Source: Saprospiraceae bacterium
Lineage (GTDB): Bacteria > Bacteroidota > Bacteroidia > Chitinophagales > Saprospiraceae
Direction: 5' to 3'
Length of the DNA: 24,000 nt
Assembly: GCA_020631135.1 (NCBI GenBank)
Contig: JAHDHU010000024.1
Location: 7,474 to 31,473 of the forward strand
The notes under the pieces were generated by a model, which saw only the letters and a list, made by a program, of their open reading frames with translations, did no database searches and was not told where the DNA came from. Below, one piece after another: positions 8,102 through 16,718 of the stretch (positions within the stretch are counted from its first letter, which is position 1; the number at the start of each line of letters is the position of its first letter). A program made the translations under genes and the position numbers.

Positions 8102-9370
8102 TTGAGTTGGATAAATATCAAAAGAAAATTGATCGCTATAAAACGAGTACCATTTTTATTCTTTATTCTCTGCTTTGCATTGCTTGCTTTGGTTGCTTTC
8201 CAAATTAAGTGGTTGAATATGTCCCAAAAAATGATTGAAGACCAATTTGAACAGAAGGTAAATCTTGCGATAGGTAGTGCACTCACTGAATTTAATTCTT
8301 CGCATAAAACAAGTCTGGCAATAGACGAATCTGAAGCTTGCAGCGAAGAAGAAACCTTAAAGTGTTTGCCTGGTGAGTTGAGCTTGACTCATCAAAAAGA
8401 ACTCGAACAAAGTCTGCAAAATTATATGTCGTGTTACGGGATAGACGATAAGTACGAAGTGCAGATTACTGGATCCAATTGTGCTCCTAGTAAATCATCT
8501 TTTTGTTGTTCTATAGGTTCTAAAAAAGCCGGTAATTCCGAGCTAATGTTAGGCGTCTCATTTGAGACAAAGGCAAAATATCTAAAAGATAAAATGCTTC
8601 CGATGATTATCTCATCGATGCTAATATTCTTGTTATTGGCTACCGTCTCGTTTTTCATATTGGGCTCTTTAATAAAACAAAAGCGTGTTACCGAAAACAA
8701 CATCGATTTCTTCAACAATACTGCTCATGAACTTAAAACTCCACTCACTAATATTTCATTGGCACTAAAACTATTGGGTAAAAAGTATAGTGGAATTGAA
8801 AATGATAAATATGCCCAAATCATTAAGTCTGAAAATTCAAAATTATCCGACCAAATAGAACGTGTCCTCTTTTTATCTAAAATGGAAAATGGAGAGTACG
8901 TGATGAAAAAGGAAGAGTTAGATTTAAACGAAATCGTCAAAGATGTCATCGATAGTATGTCCTTGCTTTTAAGAGAAACTGGAGGAGCCATCAATTTGGT
9001 GTGCAAGATTAGTGGGCCGGTGAAAATAATCGGAGACTATTTGCACATAAGTAATGTGTTTAGAAATTTGATAGATAATGCATTGAAGTATTGTGATGCT
9101 AAACCACAAATAGATATTATCATCCAGGAAGGTCAAAACAAAATTAATGTTGTCGTAAGAGATAACGGTATCGGAATTAGTCCGCAAGATCAAGTACATG
9201 TATTTCAGAAATTTCAAAGGGTCAATACGGGTGATGTAAAAAGAGTTAAAGGATTCGGTATTGGCTTAGCATATGTAAAGACAGTTATCGAAATGCATAA
9301 TGGCCAAGTGAGCGTGCAAAGTGAATTAAATAAAGGGAGTGAATTTAAATTGTTAATACCCCAAGTATAA
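8102..9370 (+). CDS. Sensor histidine kinase (HisKA + HATPase_c) with a Cys-rich extracytoplasmic loop
   Basis: H-box (FFNNTAHELKTPLTNI), N box (NLIDNALKY), G boxes (RDNGIGI, GFGIGLAYV). There are two TM segments (PFLFFILCFALLALVAF and MIISSMLIFLLLATVSFFILGSL). A TTG start at 8102 is needed to keep TM1, because the first in-frame ATG would delete it. Confidence 0.85.
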   Translation: MSWINIKRKLIAIKRVPFLFFILCFALLALVAFQIKWLNMSQKMIEDQFEQKVNLAIGSALTEFNSSHKTSLAIDESEACSEEETLKCLPGELSLTHQKELEQSLQNYMSCYGIDDKYEVQITGSNCAPSKSSFCCSIGSKKAGNSELMLGVSFETKAKYLKDKMLPMIISSMLIFLLLATVSFFILGSLIKQKRVTENNIDFFNNTAHELKTPLTNISLALKLLGKKYSGIENDKYAQIIKSENSKLSDQIERVLFLSKMENGEYVMKKEELDLNEIVKDVIDSMSLLLRETGGAINLVCKISGPVKIIGDYLHISNVFRNLIDNALKYCDAKPQIDIIIQEGQNKINVVVRDNGIGISPQDQVHVFQKFQRVNTGDVKRVKGFGIGLAYVKTVIEMHNGQVSVQSELNKGSEFKLLIPQV

Positions 9371-9371
9371 C

Positions 9372-10088
9372 ATGAAAGAAAAGAGAATATTACTAGTAGA
9401 GGATGACTTAAATCTGGGATTTTTGTTAATGGATTATTTAGAATCAGCAGAGTACAAGGTTAAACTTTGTAAAGATGGCTTATCCGCTCTCGATGTCTTA
9501 GAATCACAGAGCTTTGACCTCTGTCTACTTGATGTAATGATGCCCAAACTGGATGGATTAAGTGTAGCTAAAATAATGCGGAAGAAAGGGAATAAGACGC
9601 CGTTTATTTTTTTGACCGCGAAATCAATGAAAGAAGATAGAATTCATGGTTATGGATTAGGAGCTGAAGATTATATCACCAAGCCTTTTGACGAGGACGA
9701 ATTGCTTTGTAAAATAAGTGTCGTTTTAAGAAGGAATCAAAAAGATCCGCTCGCCAATGCGCCGAGTCAATTTGTTTTGGGTAGATATAAATTCGATTAC
9801 AATCGTCAAGAGTTGAGCTGCAGTGAATGTGTTAAAAGATTAACACAAAAAGAAAATGAGGTTCTTCGATTACTGTGTCTTCATAAAAACAGAGTCCTCA
9901 AAAGAGATGAAGCGGTTGAAATCATTTATGGTAAGAAGGATTATTTTTTAGGTAGAAGTTTTGATGTTTATATTTCACGCATTAGAAAGCTATTGCAAAA
10001 TGATTCTACCTTAGAAATCCAAAACATTTATAAAGTGGGTTTTATGTTAAATGAAGTACAGGCAGAATTAAAATCATATCAGCGTTAA
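9372..10088 (+). CDS. OmpR/PhoB-family response regulator (REC + winged-helix DNA-binding domain)
   Basis: REC signatures are present (LLVEDD, LLDVMMPKLDG, LTAKS, KPF), along with a C-terminal Trans_reg_C-like region (LTQKENEVLRLL...VYISRIRKLL...VGFML). It starts 1 nt after the kinase stop. Confidence 0.9.
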   Translation: MKEKRILLVEDDLNLGFLLMDYLESAEYKVKLCKDGLSALDVLESQSFDLCLLDVMMPKLDGLSVAKIMRKKGNKTPFIFLTAKSMKEDRIHGYGLGAEDYITKPFDEDELLCKISVVLRRNQKDPLANAPSQFVLGRYKFDYNRQELSCSECVKRLTQKENEVLRLLCLHKNRVLKRDEAVEIIYGKKDYFLGRSFDVYISRIRKLLQNDSTLEIQNIYKVGFMLNEVQAELKSYQR

Positions 10089-12373
10089 TTAAGGATTGCA
10101 TTTAAGTACAACCGAAAACCATTATACCAATATCCCCTAAAAACAGGCGAATCCATAAATGCAATAATTTTTCCTTTTCCTAAATTTTGCCTTACTAGGG
10201 CAGGGGAGTTGTTTGCCATTTCTTGATTGGATTTGGAGGCATAACCACTCGACAAGGAGCTATCTGTATAACGTATGATTACATCGATCGAATCACTTTT
10301 TGGTTCTTCTATAAAGTGAGTACCTTTTTTAAAACAATGATATTCTTCTTTATGATAACCTACTGTTAATTCATCATCGAGATCCATTCTTGCTTCGAAA
10401 ATTGCGCCGCCAATTACATTTGCATTTCTACTTACTTCAGTAGAGTAATATTTTACTTCTCCAGTTTTGGGATCCTTGCCTTCACGTTGTTTAAAAGTTA
10501 CGTCCAATAAACTTGAACGTTCGAGCCATCTTATTGAAGATCCGATAGCTACAAGTTTACCGCCATCTCGAATCCATGTATTCAGTTCGTTTATGTTCGT
10601 GCTATCTAGCGAATTATACCTACCACTAGGTAAAATCAAAACATCATATTTGTTTAGTTTTTTGGAGTTTCTGAATCTATCGATATCAATTTTTGTAATA
10701 GGGATATCGAAGCGATGGTCCAGTGTATGCCAAAGTTCCCCAGCTTCATAAGAGGAGATTCCATTTCCGACCAACATCGCAATTTTAGGAGTTCGATTGG
10801 CGGAGGTATCTTTTTTAGTTGGACTTTCAAAGGCAATCGGAAACTTCGTAAGTCTCGTGGCCATAGGTCTTTTTGAAAAACTTTTTTGGATCTGTGTCAA
10901 TTCATCCGATTTTAAAGACTCGTATTCTAAGCCAAATGCGAGAGGCATGGTCCAGCTTGAAACGTCATAAAAAATACTGTCTCCAAAAGAATTGACTTTT
11001 TCGAAAATAGTTTTGGCTAGGGTATATTCTTTTTGATTCAGTGAAACGACATAAGATTTTCTTTTAGGAAAAGACTTTTTATTTTTTTTAAAGTTTATGG
11101 TCGTTTGATTAAATACGATATTGTGCGTGTTTAAGAGATTTAAAAAACCATTGAGTTTTATCGAATCCACATCATAAAAGATGTATCCTTTAACAGGATT
11201 TTCCGAGGCTCTTTTATTTCTGTTTTTGTAATATTCAACCTGATACTTTTTTAATTTATTACGCATGTCCAGCACAGCTTCTTGCGTAGAGAGACTCGTG
11301 GTAACCTGATTTCGAATTGCAAATGGAAAACTTAATAGACCACCATCTTTTTCTTGTAAATGTCCTCTTGCCGAGGCTTGCTCAAATAAAATACCAACCG
11401 CACCGTTAGCATCTGGGTAAGTCGATCCCTTTCCATAGTAATAATCATCAAATCGTTTTTTCATAAAGTACTCCGAACCTATTTTGTCCAAAGCTTTCAT
11501 ATGATATTGAGCTATATCTTCCGTTAGCTGTTGGTTTTTTTGAGGAGTATTTGGGTTGGTTCTTGATGGGACACCAGGTTGAAAAAAAAATGTAGAATTT
11601 TTTCCCATCTCATGATGGTCTGTCAAAACGTTGGGTTTCCAATAATGATAGTTTCTAATTCTCCCTTGAGATTCAGGATGAACGAGCAACAGCCAATCTC
11701 TATTTAGGTCAAACCAATAGTGATTGGTTCTACCTCCTGGCCAGACTTCTGAAAATTCTCTATCATTTTCATCAGGATTGAGATTTTTACTTCTATGCAT
11801 ATTGACCCAAGTCGAAAACCTTTGCAACCCGTCAGGATTATAACAAGGATCTATGATCACTATATTATTCTTTAAGAGTTGAGTTATTTTAGAATCTTTT
11901 CCAGCAGCCAAATAATAGGCTACTAGCATTGCAGCATTCGAGCCGCTGGCTTCATTACCATGAATGCTATAGCCTTGGTAGAGAACGAGTGGCGCCTTCT
12001 TGTTATATTTTCCATTAGATTCTTTTAAATGATCTTCTCGCAGCTTTTCAATGTTGTCTTGGTTCTCTTCACTCGTGTAAATAAGATTGATCAATGCTCT
12101 GTTTTCATGAGAACGTGCATATTCTTTGAGTTTTACCCTTTTAGATGCAGATGACAAATATTTGCTATAAGCAAGCAATTGGTCATGAGAAATATGCCAT
12201 TCTCCGATTTGATATCCTAAGTATTCTTCCGGGGTTTGGATGCTCTCATCGTATTCAATATTTGGCAAATAGTAGTTTAATGATTTCTTTTGCGCATTAA
12301 GCGAAAATGACAAAACGCAGATAAGAAGGATATAGTGACATTGAAATGATTTTAACAAGTGTATGAAGAACAT
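10085..12373 (-). CDS. M14-family zinc carboxypeptidase, large secreted Bacteroidota type
   Basis: Signal peptide (LLICVLSFSLNAQ) and the HxxE zinc motif context (YSIHGNEASGSNAAMLVAYYL), followed by a long C-terminal extension. The stop overlaps the response-regulator stop by 4 nt in convergent orientation. Confidence 0.8.
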   Translation of the reverse strand: MFFIHLLKSFQCHYILLICVLSFSLNAQKKSLNYYLPNIEYDESIQTPEEYLGYQIGEWHISHDQLLAYSKYLSSASKRVKLKEYARSHENRALINLIYTSEENQDNIEKLREDHLKESNGKYNKKAPLVLYQGYSIHGNEASGSNAAMLVAYYLAAGKDSKITQLLKNNIVIIDPCYNPDGLQRFSTWVNMHRSKNLNPDENDREFSEVWPGGRTNHYWFDLNRDWLLLVHPESQGRIRNYHYWKPNVLTDHHEMGKNSTFFFQPGVPSRTNPNTPQKNQQLTEDIAQYHMKALDKIGSEYFMKKRFDDYYYGKGSTYPDANGAVGILFEQASARGHLQEKDGGLLSFPFAIRNQVTTSLSTQEAVLDMRNKLKKYQVEYYKNRNKRASENPVKGYIFYDVDSIKLNGFLNLLNTHNIVFNQTTINFKKNKKSFPKRKSYVVSLNQKEYTLAKTIFEKVNSFGDSIFYDVSSWTMPLAFGLEYESLKSDELTQIQKSFSKRPMATRLTKFPIAFESPTKKDTSANRTPKIAMLVGNGISSYEAGELWHTLDHRFDIPITKIDIDRFRNSKKLNKYDVLILPSGRYNSLDSTNINELNTWIRDGGKLVAIGSSIRWLERSSLLDVTFKQREGKDPKTGEVKYYSTEVSRNANVIGGAIFEARMDLDDELTVGYHKEEYHCFKKGTHFIEEPKSDSIDVIIRYTDSSLSSGYASKSNQEMANNSPALVRQNLGKGKIIAFMDSPVFRGYWYNGFRLYLNAILN

Positions 12374-12411
12374 AAAACATCTAATTTTAATAAGCTCAAA
12401 GTAAGGAATAA

Positions 12412-12711
12412 ATGAATACTTTTTTTGCAGTAGTAATTATCGGATTTGTTTTAATGATGGTGATCTTCAATGTATATTTTAGATACAAGATTTTGGGCGA
12501 TTACAAATATTTAGTCAAACATAATATCCAATTTGGGGCGAAGCACATTATCAGTAATGCTAAATTGGAAAGTGAAATTATTCCTAGTTATCCTCAACAC
12601 GAAACTGTTATTCGATCGTTTTGTAAGAAACTACAAATGGCATTCAGAGTGGCATTGGGATTACTATTTTTAATTATTGTCGTATCGATTATTTTGAAGT
12701 ATATAGTGTAA
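12412..12711 (+). CDS. Small hypothetical membrane protein (N- and C-terminal TM helices)
   Basis: A 99-aa ORF with TM segments FFAVVIIGFVLMMVIF and ALGLLFLIIVVSIIL. Its stop is 1 nt before the next gene's ATG, which suggests co-transcription. Confidence 0.55.
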   Translation: MNTFFAVVIIGFVLMMVIFNVYFRYKILGDYKYLVKHNIQFGAKHIISNAKLESEIIPSYPQHETVIRSFCKKLQMAFRVALGLLFLIIVVSIILKYIV

Positions 12712-12712
12712 T

Positions 12713-13684
12713 ATGGTGAAAATTGGAGTAGTTGGACTAGGACATTTAGGTAAAATCCACCTAGCATGTATTGAAAAGACAGATTTTGAGATTGTGGGTT
12801 GTTATGACATTGATGACAAAGCGCTCAATTATGCTGAAAAAGAATTTGGCATTAAAGGTTTTGAATCTTTAGAAAAACTCCTCGATGTTTGTGATGCTGT
12901 CGATATCGTATGCTCAACATCGAGTCATTATGAGGTTGCCAAGATGGCTTTAGAAAGAGCTAAGCATGTTTTTATAGAAAAACCATTTGTCGAAGAATTG
13001 GATCAAGGATTAGAGTTGAAGTCTATTGCTCTTAAAAACAATTGTAAGGTTCAAATTGGTCATGTCGAAAGGTATAATCCTTCCTTAAGGGCAGTAAGTG
13101 ATTTGGCTTTGGCACCGAAATTCGTTGAGGCTCATAGACTAGCTCAATTTAATCCACGAGGCAACGATGTTTCTGTAGTTATGGATTTGATGATTCATGA
13201 TCTGGATTTACTTTGCCACCTAATCAAAAGTGACGTAGATACTATAGAGGCCAATGGAGTTAATGTAGTTGAAAATTCACCAGATATATGCAATGCTCGA
13301 ATTCAGTTTAAAAATGGCGCAGTGGCCAATCTCACTGCGAGTAGAATTAGCATGAAGCAAATGAGAAAATTCAGAATGTTTCAATCCGACAGATACGTAA
13401 GTTTGGATTTACTAAACAAAGAATGTCAAGTGATTTCTTTAAGCAATTCTGAAAAAGAAAATTCGATGAGTTTCCAGACCGCATTAGGAGAAAAGTATGT
13501 GCAAATCAATGCGATGGATGTCGAACCAGTGAATGCGATACAAAAGCAATTTGAAGACTTTTTAGAGGTAATTACCAATAAAAAAGAGGTTAATGTCGGT
13601 ATTGATGACGCTTTAAAGTCTCTTTCAATGGCAAAAATGATTCAGGATAGTATTTTTGTAAATAACCAAAAACTTGTCTTGTGA
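12713..13684 (+). CDS. Gfo/Idh/MocA-family NAD(P)-dependent oxidoreductase
   Basis: N-terminal Rossmann motif (KIGVVGLGHLGKIH), the conserved EKP motif (HVFIEKPF), and a length of 323 aa typical of the family. Confidence 0.85.
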   Translation: MVKIGVVGLGHLGKIHLACIEKTDFEIVGCYDIDDKALNYAEKEFGIKGFESLEKLLDVCDAVDIVCSTSSHYEVAKMALERAKHVFIEKPFVEELDQGLELKSIALKNNCKVQIGHVERYNPSLRAVSDLALAPKFVEAHRLAQFNPRGNDVSVVMDLMIHDLDLLCHLIKSDVDTIEANGVNVVENSPDICNARIQFKNGAVANLTASRISMKQMRKFRMFQSDRYVSLDLLNKECQVISLSNSEKENSMSFQTALGEKYVQINAMDVEPVNAIQKQFEDFLEVITNKKEVNVGIDDALKSLSMAKMIQDSIFVNNQKLVL

Positions 13685-14529
13685 GGTTCTGCAAGTATTT
13701 AATATTTTTCTCTTTTTGCTTCAGTTCTTGTTCATTATTTGAAAATTCTGAACTAGAGGTGAGTTATATACATTTTAATAGACCTAATCATTTAACGACC
13801 GTAGAGCAGGGATCAAATGTGCATAATATCAAAGACCTTTGGATTGAAATGGATGCAGATGATTTGGGTGTTTTCCCTACCGACAAAACTGTTCCCTTTT
13901 TGCCTCAATCTAATGAATCCACAATTTTTGTTTTCGCCGGAATAAAAAACAATGGTATCCAAACAGATGCCGTTATTTATCCTTTTTATGATTTTGTAGA
14001 AATCGAAAAGACCTTTGTGCCCGGTGAGATAGATACAATGACTTTGGATTTTGAATATAAACCCGAGACGCTTTTCTCTTTTGTGGAAGATTTTGATGGA
14101 GGGCTCCTTTTTGCCAGAGATGAGGATGAAGACCCAGATTCAGGAATGACGATTCAAAGCCAATCAGGGAATAACTATGGTGAAATGATTCCATCGGAAG
14201 AACATCCACAGATAGGCGTTTCGAACATCATCAATTACAATGATATTCCGCTAAATAGTCAACCGGTTTATCTCGAATTGGAGTACCGAAATAATACACC
14301 ATTTACAATCGGAATAATTGGACAACTGACATCTGACACAGATTTCACGAATGTGAAAATCTTAATTACCCCAAAGGAAGAATGGAACAAAATCTATATT
14401 GATTTTACCAACGAAGTAAATTTATCTCAGTTGAATGCTTATCGCATAGTTTTTGCAACGGTATGGGATGAAAATGGGGTAGATGACCAATTTGTCCATA
14501 TAGACAATGTAAAGCTACTTCATTTCTAG
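13681..14529 (+). CDS. Hypothetical lipoprotein
   Basis: The GTG start overlaps the upstream stop by 4 nt. It has a signal peptide with a lipobox-like Cys (LIFFSFCFSSCSLF) and an acidic, beta-rich body. No family is recognised. Confidence 0.65.
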   Translation: MRFCKYLIFFSFCFSSCSLFENSELEVSYIHFNRPNHLTTVEQGSNVHNIKDLWIEMDADDLGVFPTDKTVPFLPQSNESTIFVFAGIKNNGIQTDAVIYPFYDFVEIEKTFVPGEIDTMTLDFEYKPETLFSFVEDFDGGLLFARDEDEDPDSGMTIQSQSGNNYGEMIPSEEHPQIGVSNIINYNDIPLNSQPVYLELEYRNNTPFTIGIIGQLTSDTDFTNVKILITPKEEWNKIYIDFTNEVNLSQLNAYRIVFATVWDENGVDDQFVHIDNVKLLHF

Positions 14530-14542
14530 TACGCTACATTCC

Positions 14543-15964
14543 ATGATAAAGCCAACCAGTTTAGCTCTGTTTTTATATCAGATAGCTGATTTTTTAGCTG
14601 CTATAATCGCCTGGTTTTTGTTCTTTGTATATCGCAAACGAATCGAATATCCCGGCTTACCTTTTGATCAAATCCTTGAAGATCGACAACTTTACATTGG
14701 TTTAATCGTGATTCCGATTTTTTGGTTTTTACTCTATTCAGTGTTCGATAAATACAAGGATATCTATCGATATTCTCGCTGGGCAACTTTCAAACGGACT
14801 TTGGGACTTGTTTTTATGGGGACCTTGGTTTTATTCTTTACGGTATTAATTGATGACACGGTATATGATCAAATTTCTTTCACTAGGGCTTTTCTTAGTC
14901 TATTTAGTTTGCATTTTATCTTAACCTTTTTCTTTCGCATGGTCATTTTGACCATTGCAAAGAATCATTTAAAAACAGGTAAAGTCTCCTATAATACTCT
15001 GATCATAGGTGGTGATAAAAATGCTATGGAATTGTATCAGGACATAACAAATCGTCCCTACAGCTTAGGGCATAATTTTATCGGATTTATCGATTCTAAT
15101 GGTAGTTCTAAAAATTATATAGAAAAACATCTTCCTTTGTTAGGAGATCTTAAGCAAATGCCAGAAGTAATCAATCAACATAAGGTACAAGATGTGATAG
15201 TCGCTGTAGAGTCTTCCGAACATGAGCGATTGAAAGGGATTTTCAATGTACTTTTTGAATCCAAAGAGGATCTTCTAGTTAAAGTTATCCCCGACATGTA
15301 TGACATTCTTTTAGGCAATGTGAAAATGAATCATTTATATGGGGCCGTACTCATAGAAGTTCAACAAGAATTGATGCCACGTTGGGAACAAATTGTTAAG
15401 AGGGTTATGGATGTCATAGTTAGCGGTTTTATGTTGATCGTTTTGTCTCCACTTTATTTGTTTATTATGTTGAAGGTAAAGATGAGTTCTGAAGGCCCTA
15501 TATTCTTTAAACAAGAAAGAGTCGGTTACAAAGGGAAACCTTTTAATATCTACAAATTTAGATCGATGAAGATTGATGCTGAAACTGAAGGCCCCCAGCT
15601 ATCTCATGATAATGATCCAAGAGTAACCAAATGGGGGAAAGTTATGCGTGTTTACCGACTTGACGAATTACCTCAATTTTGGAATGTCTTAAAAGGTGAA
15701 ATGTCTTTAGTAGGTCCTCGACCTGAAAGGCAATTTTTTATAGATAAAATTTCGGTAATTCAACCGCATTACAAACAATTGTTAAAAGTAAGACCTGGTA
15801 TTACCTCGTGGGGACAGGTAAAATATGGCTATGCCTCAAATCTCGATCAAATGCTGCAACGTTTAAAATTTGATCTTCTTTATATAGAAAACATGTCCTT
15901 GTCATTGGATTTTAAAATTCTCTTCTACACCGTTTTGGTTCTAATTCAAGGGAAAGGTAAATAA
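14543..15964 (+). CDS. Polyprenyl-phosphate phosphoglycosyl transferase (bacterial sugar transferase, WbaP/WcaJ-like architecture)
   Basis: Four to five N-terminal TM helices, a central linker domain, and a C-terminal catalytic domain with hallmark motifs (YRLDELPQFWNVLKGEMSLVGPRPE, ITSWGQV). Confidence 0.85.
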   Translation: MIKPTSLALFLYQIADFLAAIIAWFLFFVYRKRIEYPGLPFDQILEDRQLYIGLIVIPIFWFLLYSVFDKYKDIYRYSRWATFKRTLGLVFMGTLVLFFTVLIDDTVYDQISFTRAFLSLFSLHFILTFFFRMVILTIAKNHLKTGKVSYNTLIIGGDKNAMELYQDITNRPYSLGHNFIGFIDSNGSSKNYIEKHLPLLGDLKQMPEVINQHKVQDVIVAVESSEHERLKGIFNVLFESKEDLLVKVIPDMYDILLGNVKMNHLYGAVLIEVQQELMPRWEQIVKRVMDVIVSGFMLIVLSPLYLFIMLKVKMSSEGPIFFKQERVGYKGKPFNIYKFRSMKIDAETEGPQLSHDNDPRVTKWGKVMRVYRLDELPQFWNVLKGEMSLVGPRPERQFFIDKISVIQPHYKQLLKVRPGITSWGQVKYGYASNLDQMLQRLKFDLLYIENMSLSLDFKILFYTVLVLIQGKGK

Positions 15965-16704
15965 TGAAAACGAAGCGCATGTTTGGTCTAATTGGATATC
16001 CACTTGAACATAGTTTCTCGCCGAGCTATTTTGCAAAGAAATTTAAAAATGAGAAGATAAAGGATGCAGACTATCAAATTTATCCATTGAAGTCTTTAAA
16101 GAATTTAAAAAAGCAGCTGCTTAAAGATATTGTCGGATTTAATGTCACTAGTCCGTATAAAGAAGAAGTTATTGCACATTTAGATGAACTGAGTCCTGTT
16201 GCCCGGAAGATCAAGTCCGTAAATACAGTAAAAATTGTAGCTGGAAAATGGATCGGATATAATACTGACGTGTATGGTTTTGAGCATTCGCTGAATGAAT
16301 TTATTGGTCGAAAAAAAATTAAACACTCGCTGATTTTGGGAAGTGGCGGAGCATCGAAGGCCATTATCTATGTACTCAAAAAGAATAACATTTCCACAAA
16401 AATTATCTCTAGAAAAAGAGGTTATCGTTCGTACCGTTATCTCGACAAAGAATTTATACAACAGCATCGTCTGATCATAAATTGTACTCCATTGGGGACT
16501 TTCCCAAAAGTATCCGAAAAACCACCGATACCTTACCAATTTTTAGGTTCAAGACATTTGCTTTTTGATTTGGTTTATAATCCGCAAAAATCTCTATTTT
16601 TGAAAGAAGGAGAGAAGAGGGGGTCTGGGATTGAAAATGGTTTACGAATGCTTCATTTGCAAGCTGATAAATCTTGGGAAATTTGGAATAATAAAGAAAG
16701 CTAA
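15964..16704 (+). CDS. aroE: Shikimate 5-dehydrogenase
   Basis: Motifs FGLIGYPLEHSFSPSYF, NVTSPYKE, NTD and GSGGASKA. The start overlaps the upstream stop (TAATG). Confidence 0.85.
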   Translation: MKTKRMFGLIGYPLEHSFSPSYFAKKFKNEKIKDADYQIYPLKSLKNLKKQLLKDIVGFNVTSPYKEEVIAHLDELSPVARKIKSVNTVKIVAGKWIGYNTDVYGFEHSLNEFIGRKKIKHSLILGSGGASKAIIYVLKKNNISTKIISRKRGYRSYRYLDKEFIQQHRLIINCTPLGTFPKVSEKPPIPYQFLGSRHLLFDLVYNPQKSLFLKEGEKRGSGIENGLRMLHLQADKSWEIWNNKES

Positions 16705-16718
16705 GCACGAAAACATCC

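Noticed and set aside
8065-9217. Antisense ORFs over the kinase gene and its upstream region (8065..8286, 8434..8718, 8725..9006, 8969..9217), and 7655..7885 opposite the mini-protein gene.
   Set aside because: They overlap genes with clear domain signatures, have no motifs, and overlap each other.
11582-11590. An A9 (T9 on the coding strand) homopolymer inside the M14 carboxypeptidase gene, and an A9 run at 19535-19543, as possible phase-variation tracts.
   Set aside because: The coding tract simply encodes FFF in frame (TFFFQPG), and 9-nt A/T runs are expected in a genome this AT-rich. There is no evidence of length heterogeneity.
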